This document shows, piece after piece, positions 57,101 through 64,000 of a stretch of DNA of 64,000 nucleotides (position 1 is the first letter of the stretch; every line of letters starts with the position of its first letter). A model generated the notes under the pieces. That model saw nothing but the letters and a program-made list of their open reading frames with translations. It searched no databases and was not told the DNA's origin. The DNA lies in the NCBI GenBank assembly GCA_023539445.1, contig JAKCEW010000003.1:2250-66249 (forward strand), given 5' to 3'. Both the position numbers and the translations under genes were made by a program. This DNA comes from Candidatus Terraquivivens yellowstonensis (GTDB lineage Archaea > Thermoproteota > Nitrososphaeria_A > Caldarchaeales > Wolframiiraptoraceae).

Positions 57101-58844
57101 ACCCCGTAGGCGTCATCATTTGGTTAAACCACTTGCCAGGAGGTACCATAGGCAATACCCTTTCCTCCTTGTCTATCGGCAGATCTATGACGAATGCTTG
57201 TCCCGACCTAACTGCCCTCCTCACAAGCATCCTTAGATCGTCCAAAGATTCTGCCACTGCGCCCTCAACGCCCATGGATTCTGCGAGCTTCACGTAGTCA
57301 ACGCTTCCCTTAACGTACCTTTTCAGGTATATCTCGAGACATTCGTCTTTGTACCTCTTTTGGTAGAAGAGGTCCTGCCACTGTCTTATCATGCCGAGGA
57401 CCCTGTTATCGAAGATTATGCATATGACAGGGATGTCATACTGGGCCATCGGTATTAGGCTTTGGCACGTCATCGTGAAGCTACCATCACCGTCGATGCA
57501 TGCCACAGTCCTGTCGGGCGCAGCAATCTTCGCACCGACTGCAGCAGGAAGCCCGAAGCCCATCGTACCAAGACCGCAACTTGTTATCAATGTTCTTGGT
57601 TCGAAGATCTTGAAGCAAAGTTGTACCCACATCTGGTGCTGCCCGACACCAGTAGTAACTATTGCATTCCTCGGCAATTCCTCCCTTATCACCTTCAAAG
57701 CACGCCAAGAGGTCATCCTATTGGGTTCACCGTAGTTGTTCATAAACTCCTCGAACCTTTCGCCTATTGCTTTAAGCCTCTGGACGAATGGTCTTGCTTC
57801 CTTTCTCGCGGTTCTAGATATGATGCAGGCGTAAAGCTCCGACAGCACCTTCTTTGCGTCACCAGCTATGCTTACTGTCGGTGTAACGTTCTTGCCGAGT
57901 TCGCTCGCATCTATGTCTACGTGAATCACCTTCCTGCCTTTCTGAAATTCATCGAATCTTCCGACAGATCTATCGGCGAATCTCATACCGACTGCAAGTA
58001 TTGTGTCCGACTCCATCACGGCAAGATTAGCCTCAATTCTACCATGCATTCCGATAACACCCAGCATGAGCGGATGGTCGGAAGGCATTGAGCCCAGACC
58101 CGGGGTCGTGACTACGACAGGGGCCATGAGGTACTCCGCTAACTTGACCAGCTCTTCCGTTGCATTGCTTAATATTACACCTCCACCAGCTATTATTACC
58201 GGCTTATCGGCATTCATCAAAATGTCGGCCGCTCTGGATATGAGTTCTGGGTCCGGCTCCTGAGTCTGCTTCATGACAAGGCCCGATGCGTACTTTATCA
58301 GACTTGGTTCATCCTTCCAGTAAGGCTCTACGTCCGCTTGGAACACGTCCCTAGGAACATCAATAAGAACGGGACCTGGCCTACCAGCGGTCGCGATATG
58401 GTATGCGTCCACGAAGGTCTGGGCTAGTTTTGATGGTTCTTTAACGATTACGGCATACTTTGTGACTGGTAGGAGTATGCCGGTTATGTCCGTTTCTTGG
58501 AAGGCATCAGTTCCGAGAACCTCCCGCGGTACTTGACCGGTTATCGCAACGACCGGCTGGCTGTCCATCATGGCATTAACTATGCCTGTCACTAGGTTCG
58601 TCGCACCGGGACCTGAGGTCGCTACGGCCACTCCAGGCCTACCCCTAACCCTTGCATAACCCTCTGCGGCGTGCGCTGCCTGCTGTTCATGTCTCATCAG
58701 TATGGTCCTTATGTTGCTGTCGTAAAGCGCATCGTAGAACGGCAAGATAGAACCGCCGGGTATGCCAAAGATGACGTCCACACCCTTGGATTCCATAGCC
58801 TTGACTAAAGCATCAGCTGCCCTTACCATATGACTTCACCACTC
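56893..58844. repeat. Tandem direct repeat unit 1 (~1.95 kb: 3' part of ilvN, all of ilvB, and 15 nt upstream of the ilvB start codon)
   Basis: Nucleotide identity with 59081-61029 is essentially 100%, except a patch at 57296-57526. Read directly from the sequence. Confidence 0.9.
57072..58829 (-). CDS. ilvB: Acetolactate synthase large subunit (TPP-dependent), copy 1
   Basis: 585 aa with the three TPP-enzyme domains and Mg/TPP motif GDGSF...N. Confidence 0.9.
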   Translation of the reverse strand: MVRAADALVKAMESKGVDVIFGIPGGSILPFYDALYDSNIRTILMRHEQQAAHAAEGYARVRGRPGVAVATSGPGATNLVTGIVNAMMDSQPVVAITGQVPREVLGTDAFQETDITGILLPVTKYAVIVKEPSKLAQTFVDAYHIATAGRPGPVLIDVPRDVFQADVEPYWKDEPSLIKYASGLVMKQTQEPDPELISRAADILMNADKPVIIAGGGVILSNATEELVKLAEYLMAPVVVTTPGLGSMPSDHPLMLGVIGMHGRIEANLAVMESDTILAVGMRFADRSVGRFDEFQKGRKVIHVDIDASELGKNVTPTVSIAGDAKKVLSELYACIISRTARKEARPFVQRLKAIGERFEEFMNNYGEPNRMTSWRALKVIREELPRNAIVTTGVGQHQMWVQLCFKIFEPRTLITSCGLGTMGFGLPAAVGAKIAAPDRTVACIDGDGSFTMTCQSLIPMAQYDIPVICIIFDNRVLGMIRQWQDLFYQKRYKDECLEIYLKRYVKGSVDYVKLAESMGVEGAVAESLDDLRMLVRRAVRSGQAFVIDLPIDKEERVLPMVPPGKWFNQMMTPTGFDVHARIRV

Positions 58845-58950
58845 TAAAGAGGTTTTCAGAGAAGGGGGAACAACGCGGTACTAGAGAGTATATACTAGGC
58901 GAGGGGTTACCCGCCATTTCTAGAGAATTTGGCGCACCATTTCGCCCTCA

Positions 58951-58996
58951 CACTTCGAGGTGGATAATTGTATAGCAATATTATAAAAAGGTTTCG
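58951..58996 (-). promoter_or_regulatory. ilvB copy-1 promoter: BRE/TATA (rc TTTTTATAAT) plus a 12-bp wobble palindrome CACTTCGAGGTG ~29 bp downstream, overlapping the predicted start site
   Basis: An AT-rich TATA-like box is preceded by a purine-rich BRE on the coding strand. The palindrome is conserved in position with the copy-2 promoter. Confidence 0.5.
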
Positions 58997-59018
58997 TAAA
59001 CGCGCCACGAATGCGTGT

Positions 59019-59288
59019 TCAGGTTTCCTTTAAAACGGCATTCAATCCTACGTAATTTGCTTCAAGCACCGTCGGCAAGTTGGATAGCTTTCTCTTTAGC
59101 CACTCGGCCTTTTCAGGTTTTAACGATACGGACATCGTAAGGAGCTTAACGTTATCCATTCCTGATTCGCATACCTCGGCGCTTATTAGCTTTGCCTGAG
59201 CTTGCCTCGTGGTCAGAAGCACCTTGATGACGGCTTCCAGAGAGTCCTCAACCAGTACGCTAAACACGTATGCGCGCATGTACATCAA
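59019..59288 (-). CDS. ilvN: Acetolactate synthase small subunit, copy 2 (divergent C-terminal tail)
   Basis: Identical to copy 1 over the first ~68 residues. Then a homologous but diverged tail SNLPTVLEANYVGLNAVLKET. Confidence 0.75.
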   Translation of the reverse strand: MMYMRAYVFSVLVEDSLEAVIKVLLTTRQAQAKLISAEVCESGMDNVKLLTMSVSLKPEKAEWLKRKLSNLPTVLEANYVGLNAVLKET

Positions 59289-61029
59289 ACCCCGTAGGCG
59301 TCATCATTTGGTTAAACCACTTGCCAGGAGGTACCATAGGCAATACCCTTTCCTCCTTGTCTATCGGCAGATCTATGACGAATGCTTGTCCCGACCTAAC
59401 TGCCCTCCTCACAAGCATCCTTAGATCGTCCAAAGATTCTGCCACTGCGCCCTCAACGCCCATGGATTCTGCGAGCTTCACGTAATCGATGCCCTTCTCA
59501 ACGTGCTTCACTGACAGACCGAGGTGCTCGTCTTTGTACCTCTTTTGGTAGAAGAAGTCCTGTAACTGTCTTATCATGCCGAGGGATCTATTGTCAAATA
59601 TTATGCATATGACGGGAATGTCGTACTGGACTATCGGCACCAAGCTTTGACAAGTCATTAAGAAGCTACCATCACCGTCGATGCATGCCACAGTCCTATC
59701 TGGAGCCGCCGCCTTCGCACCGACTGCAGCAGGAAGCCCGAAGCCCATCGTACCAAGACCGCAACTTGTTATCAATGTTCTTGGTTCGAAGATCTTGAAG
59801 CAAAGTTGTACCCACATCTGGTGCTGCCCGACACCAGTAGTAACTATTGCATTCCTCGGCAATTCCTCCCTTATCACCTTCAAAGCACGCCAAGAGGTCA
59901 TCCTATTGGGTTCACCGTAGTTGTTCATAAACTCCTCGAACCTTTCGCCTATTGCTTTAAGCCTCTGGACGAATGGTCTTGCTTCCTTTCTCGCGGTTCT
60001 AGATATGATGCAGGCGTAAAGCTCCGACAGCACCTTCTTTGCGTCACCAGCTATGCTTACTGTCGGTGTAACGTTCTTGCCGAGTTCGCTCGCATCTATG
60101 TCTACGTGAATCACCTTCCTGCCTTTCTGAAATTCATCGAATCTTCCGACAGATCTATCGGCGAATCTCATACCGACTGCAAGTATTGTGTCCGACTCCA
60201 TCACGGCAAGATTAGCCTCAATTCTACCATGCATTCCGATAACACCCAGCATGAGCGGATGGTCGGAAGGCATTGAGCCCAGACCCGGGGTCGTGACTAC
60301 GACAGGGGCCATGAGGTACTCCGCTAACTTGACCAGCTCTTCCGTTGCATTGCTTAATATTACACCTCCACCAGCTATTATTACCGGCTTATCGGCATTC
60401 ATCAAAATGTCGGCCGCTCTGGATATGAGTTCTGGGTCCGGCTCCTGAGTCTGCTTCATGACAAGGCCCGATGCGTACTTTATCAGACTTGGTTCATCCT
60501 TCCAGTAAGGCTCTACGTCCGCTTGGAACACGTCCCTAGGAACATCAATAAGAACGGGACCTGGCCTACCAGCGGTCGCGATATGGTATGCGTCCACGAA
60601 GGTCTGGGCTAGTTTTGATGGTTCTTTAACGATTACGGCATACTTTGTGACTGGTAGGAGTATGCCGGTTATGTCCGTTTCTTGGAAGGCATCAGTTCCG
60701 AGAACCTCCCGCGGTACTTGACCGGTTATCGCAACGACCGGCTGGCTGTCCATCATGGCATTAACTATGCCTGTCACTAGGTTCGTCGCACCGGGACCTG
60801 AGGTCGCTACGGCCACTCCAGGCCTACCCCTAACCCTTGCATAACCCTCTGCGGCGTGCGCTGCCTGCTGTTCATGTCTCATCAGTATGGTCCTTATGTT
60901 GCTGTCGTAAAGCGCATCGTAGAACGGCAAGATAGAACCGCCGGGTATGCCAAAGATGACGTCCACACCCTTGGATTCCATAGCCTTGACTAAAGCATCA
61001 GCTGCCCTTACCATATGACTTCACCATAC
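59081..61029. repeat. Tandem direct repeat unit 2
   Basis: Same as above. The units are separated by a 236-bp non-identical spacer carrying a promoter. Confidence 0.9.
59260..61014 (-). CDS. ilvB: Acetolactate synthase large subunit, copy 2
   Basis: 584 aa, identical to copy 1 except for a ~230-nt patch in the C-terminal TPP domain. Confidence 0.9.
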   Translation of the reverse strand: MVRAADALVKAMESKGVDVIFGIPGGSILPFYDALYDSNIRTILMRHEQQAAHAAEGYARVRGRPGVAVATSGPGATNLVTGIVNAMMDSQPVVAITGQVPREVLGTDAFQETDITGILLPVTKYAVIVKEPSKLAQTFVDAYHIATAGRPGPVLIDVPRDVFQADVEPYWKDEPSLIKYASGLVMKQTQEPDPELISRAADILMNADKPVIIAGGGVILSNATEELVKLAEYLMAPVVVTTPGLGSMPSDHPLMLGVIGMHGRIEANLAVMESDTILAVGMRFADRSVGRFDEFQKGRKVIHVDIDASELGKNVTPTVSIAGDAKKVLSELYACIISRTARKEARPFVQRLKAIGERFEEFMNNYGEPNRMTSWRALKVIREELPRNAIVTTGVGQHQMWVQLCFKIFEPRTLITSCGLGTMGFGLPAAVGAKAAAPDRTVACIDGDGSFLMTCQSLVPIVQYDIPVICIIFDNRSLGMIRQLQDFFYQKRYKDEHLGLSVKHVEKGIDYVKLAESMGVEGAVAESLDDLRMLVRRAVRSGQAFVIDLPIDKEERVLPMVPPGKWFNQMMTPTGFDVHARIRV

Positions 61030-61137
61030 CATGGAGAATCTAGGAATTGGGGGGAAGTACTGGTACCGCAGATTACATACTGGACGGGGGCGTGTCCGCC
61101 TTTGCTTAGAGGACTTGGCGCCTCATTATCACCCTCA

Positions 61138-61180
61138 CGCCTCGAGGCGGAAAAATATGCAACTATGTTATAAAAACGTT
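61138..61180 (-). promoter_or_regulatory. ilvB copy-2 promoter: TATA (GTTATAAAAACG) plus perfect palindrome CGCCTCGAGGCG at the same spacing
   Basis: Same architecture as copy 1. It lies in the 178-bp gap between the leuA stop and the ilvB-2 start. Confidence 0.5.
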
Positions 61181-61192
61181 TCGTGAGAGTTT

Positions 61193-62731
61193 TCATACCA
61201 TCCCCTCCCCAGCCGCGTGTAGCATGGCCTTTTCGATTCCCGATATTATGGCGTTCACTACAACAAAAGCAGGATCATGCCCAACTGCCTCGCCAACCAA
61301 CTCTTGCGAGTCGTTGACCGTTAGCACAACCTCTGCCTCACACGTCAAATCAGGTGAGTAAGATGTTGCATCAATTTTAAAGTCGATTAACTTGACGTTC
61401 ATCTTGCTGGATAAGGCATTCAGAAGGGCTGAAAGGGAAGCAGCGACCGGACTTTTGTCGAAAGACTCAGCCATGACGATGTCATCACCTATCTTCAGGG
61501 ATATGCGTGCCATCGCACCATTCATATTGGACGTGATGTCGAGTCCCTTCAGGGATATTAGCCGATCATCCCTCGGCTTCCCTGCAATTTCTTCAGCTAT
61601 AGCCTTGAGTTTGGTGTCTGAAACCCTCATGCCCATATCGCCAAGAGTTTTGACCCTTTCCAGAACTTCCTTAGCCTTCGCCCTGTCCATATCAAGACCG
61701 TACTCTTTCAGCATGAAGTCTATACCATGTATGCCCGAGTGCTTCCCAGCCACTATCTTCCTTTTCCTTCCGACCGTTTCTGGCATTATTGGTTCGTATG
61801 TTTCAGGAGAACCGAGTACACCATGTACGTGTATGCCACTCTCATGCGCAAATGCATTCTCGCCGACGATTGCTTTGTTCTTAGGAATCCAGACTCCAGT
61901 AAGCTTTGCGACAAGTTTTGATGTCTTGTATATCTCTTGAAGGTTTATGTTGGTCTTCACACCGTAGAGCGTATGCAACGCCACGACTATCTCCTCTAGG
62001 CTTGCGTTACCGGCCCTCTCACCTATACCGTTAACCGTTGCATGTATTATCTCTGCGCCCGCCTCAACGGCTGAGAGCGAGTTTGCTACTGCAAGTCCCA
62101 TATCATCATGACAATGGACTGCTATCGGCTTGCCCGTGACGGCCTTTGCGGACGACACAATCTTGCGGATCACCATGGGTATCGCAAAACCAACAGTGTC
62201 GGGTATGTCTATGCTATCAGCTCCAGCATCGGCTGCCACCTTCAACGCTTTCATTAAGAAGTCGTGCTCCGTCCTTGTCGCATCTTCGGCTGAATAGTGA
62301 ACTACTACCCCTCTCGACTTAGCGTACTCCACGGCTTCGGCTATCTTCGTTAGAGCCTGCTCCCTTGTCATCCTAAGCTTATACTTCAAGTGTATGTCGG
62401 AGGTCGCTAAGAATACGTGAACCCAGTCAACGCCAGTATCGACCGCGACGTCTATGTCGTTCTTCTCGCATCTCGCAAGCGCGCATATCTTTGCCGAAAG
62501 GCCGAGCTTGCATATATCCGATACAGCTTTCTGTTCACCCTTCGATGTTATCGGGAAGCCTGCTTCTATGATGTCAACACCAAGCTTGTCGAGCTGTATA
62601 GCTATCTCGACTTTTTCTTCTGGTGTCAGAGCGACGCCGGGTGTCTGCTCGCCATCCCTCAACGTTGTGTCGAATATGCTGACCCTTTCGGGAAGATTAT
62701 ATTCTCCTGAGAGGAGGTTCCTCCAAGCCAT
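61193..62731 (-). CDS. leuA: 2-isopropylmalate synthase / citramalate synthase family (LeuA/CimA)
   Basis: TIM-barrel motifs DTTLRDGEQ and HCHDDMGLAVANSL with a C-terminal regulatory domain. 512 aa. Confidence 0.85.
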   Translation of the reverse strand: MAWRNLLSGEYNLPERVSIFDTTLRDGEQTPGVALTPEEKVEIAIQLDKLGVDIIEAGFPITSKGEQKAVSDICKLGLSAKICALARCEKNDIDVAVDTGVDWVHVFLATSDIHLKYKLRMTREQALTKIAEAVEYAKSRGVVVHYSAEDATRTEHDFLMKALKVAADAGADSIDIPDTVGFAIPMVIRKIVSSAKAVTGKPIAVHCHDDMGLAVANSLSAVEAGAEIIHATVNGIGERAGNASLEEIVVALHTLYGVKTNINLQEIYKTSKLVAKLTGVWIPKNKAIVGENAFAHESGIHVHGVLGSPETYEPIMPETVGRKRKIVAGKHSGIHGIDFMLKEYGLDMDRAKAKEVLERVKTLGDMGMRVSDTKLKAIAEEIAGKPRDDRLISLKGLDITSNMNGAMARISLKIGDDIVMAESFDKSPVAASLSALLNALSSKMNVKLIDFKIDATSYSPDLTCEAEVVLTVNDSQELVGEAVGHDPAFVVVNAIISGIEKAMLHAAGEGMV

Positions 62732-62903
62732 AGCCTAACACCTCAGAGAAGAAGCAGAGCAAGATCGGGAGAGCAGAAGTTTCGGGATGCTTTGCTAGAC
62801 GTCAGCTCGAGATTTTTTATTAAGACTAATCGAGTTGGCTCACTTTGCTCACCGACCGAGCTTGCATTTTTTTCTTAGCAAATCGTATATAAGCATTTCC
62901 ACG

Positions 62904-62953
62904 AATTAGTTCAGCACGGTGGAAAAATTTTTTCCGCGGTGCTGAACTAAATT
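62904..62953. promoter_or_regulatory. Near-perfect inverted repeat (GAATTAGTTCAGCACGGTGGAAAAA / TTTTTCCGCGGTGCTGAACTAAATTC) in the leuA/leuB divergent intergenic region
   Basis: Arms of ~22 bp around an A5T6 centre. It sits between the two predicted TATA boxes, ~62808-62822 for leuA and 63033-63040 for leuB. Confidence 0.5.
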
Positions 62954-63066
62954 CACGGCCATTATCGAAAACTAAGACCTTGGTTCCATGGTACCAGCGT
63001 CCACCCGCTGAGAGAGGCTGCATTAGCCGAAAACTTTTAAATACGCAGGGAAAAAACGGGGCAGAA

Positions 63067-64000
63067 TATGGCGAACGTCATAAGCGTAATACCAGGCGAC
63101 GGCATAGGTCCGGTCATCGTCAAGTCCGCGATAAAGGTATTGGAGGCTACCTCAGAGATTTATGGATTCAAGCTGAGTTTCGTAGAGGCACCAGCCGGCG
63201 ATGCTGCTAAGAGGGATTTTGGCGAGCCTCTACCAAAGAGCTCGTTTGATAAGATAAGGTCCTCCGATGCATGTTTAAAGGGACCTGTCGGTGAAACGGC
63301 AAAGGACGTCATAGTCTTCCTAAGACAGAAGCTAGACCTTTATGCAAACATAAGGCCGTTTAAGACGTTGCCCGGTGTTAGCTCAAAGTGGAAGGACGTG
63401 GACCTCGTAATAGTCAGGGAGAACACTGAGGATTTGTACAAATGCGTCGAGGATGTAGGCGAAGAGCACGCAGTTGCTCTTATGGTACTGACCAAGAAGG
63501 CATGTTTGAGAATATCGAACGTTGCGTTCCAAATGGCGGAGAGTAGAAGGAAGAAGGTGACGCTTATCCATAAGATAAATGTGTTGAGGAGCTTTGAACT
63601 CTTCAGAAAGGCAGCGCTCGAGGTTGCTAGGTCTTATCCATCCGTAATCATAGAGGAAATGCTCGTCGATAATGCGGCGTATCAGCTCGTGACAAACCCG
63701 CAGAGGTTTGATGTGATGCTCACCACGAACATGTTCGGCGACATACTGAGCGATGAGGCGGCGGGCGTAGTCGGTAGCTTAGGCTTAGCGTACTCGGCCA
63801 ATGTGGGGGACGAGTTCGGCCTGTTCGAGCCAGTCCACGGAACAGCACCAGACATTGACCCGCTGTATGCTAACCCCATAGCCCAGATCATGGCTTCAAA
63901 GATTATGCTTGAGTGGCTCGGTAGGAAAAAAGGTAACGCGGCCATGATAGAAGCGGCAAACGGCTTAGAGAATGCTGTGTTCTACTTGCTACAAGACTCG
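63067..64000 (+). CDS. leuB: 3-isopropylmalate dehydrogenase / isocitrate dehydrogenase family, N-terminal part (continues beyond the window)
   Basis: Starts MANVISVIPGDGIGPVIV and carries the substrate-binding signature NLFGDILSDEAAGVVGSLGLAYSANVG. No stop codon before the window end. Confidence 0.8.

Noticed and set aside
57462-58091. 209-aa and other 70-160-aa ORFs inside and antisense to both ilvB copies (also 59806-60276)
   Set aside because: They are duplicated only because the DNA is duplicated, and they run antisense to highly conserved acetolactate synthase frames.
61008-61196. 62-aa ORF spanning the ilvB-2 leader and promoter
   Set aside because: It covers the TATA box and palindrome and has no counterpart in the copy-1 leader. 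Promoter/leader is a better explanation. Small leader ORFs (e.g. MVRQIL in leader 1) were also considered as attenuation peptides, but they are too short and not conserved between copies.
61392-61940. 182-aa ORF antisense within leuA
   Set aside because: It is a shadow ORF inside a strongly supported isopropylmalate synthase gene.
1-64000. CRISPR arrays, rRNA genes, transposases/IS elements
   Set aside because: No regularly spaced direct repeats of 24-40 bp, no rRNA-like conserved stretches, and no DDE/HUH transposase-like ORF were seen. The only large repeat is the ilvBN tandem duplication.

Overview
Archaeal chromosomal window, about 45% GC, with thermophile-like codon usage and densely packed genes on both strands. 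Three tRNA genes have the archaeal cloverleaf, and one carries two introns, which points to a TACK/Thermoproteota-like or other deep-branching archaeon. No species can be named from the sequence alone.

Housekeeping content:
- An opp/dpp-type ABC transporter (BCDF).
- tRNA-Ala, an aminotransferase and gatD-gatE.
- Two NOL1/NOP2/Sun RNA methyltransferases and an agmatinase-like gene.
- F420 glutamyl ligase (cofE).
- [NiFe]-hydrogenase maturation genes in two clusters: maturation protease + hypF, and hypE / hypD-hypC-hypA-hypB.
- A TrmB-like regulator, a UPF0182-type giant membrane protein, thermosome and tRNA-Glu.
- Endonuclease III, an acyl-CoA dehydrogenase and an MBL-fold hydrolase.
- The conserved archaeal proteasome/exosome superoperon: psmA-SBDS-rrp4-rrp41-rrp42-L37ae-pcc1-pfdB, followed by a DHH phosphoesterase.
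- An ECF transporter energising module.
- A branched-chain amino-acid cluster: leuB partial / leuA-ilvB-ilvN-ilvB-ilvN-ilvC.

Accessory or unusual content:
- A capsid-type gene module next to a two-intron tRNA-Gln.
  - The genes look like HK97-type head-morphogenesis proteins: portal-like, prohead-protease-like, decoration-like and major-capsid-like, plus small wHTH and RHH regulators.
  - No terminase, tail or integrase gene accompanies it.
  - It may be a proviral remnant or a domesticated capsid.
- A nurA-herA-ogg2 operon with no adjacent mre11/rad50, preceded by three paralogous small proteins that each end in a winged helix.
- A DNA methyltransferase with a downstream unknown partner (candidate restriction-modification pair).
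- A near-identical ~1.95 kb tandem duplication of ilvB-ilvN.
  - The edges have diverged, and the core contains one mosaic patch.
  - Each copy keeps its own promoter with a palindrome overlapping the start site and a leader hairpin, which suggests concerted evolution under a shared regulator.
- A 22-bp inverted repeat in the leuA/leuB divergent promoter region.

No CRISPR array, rRNA or transposase was seen.
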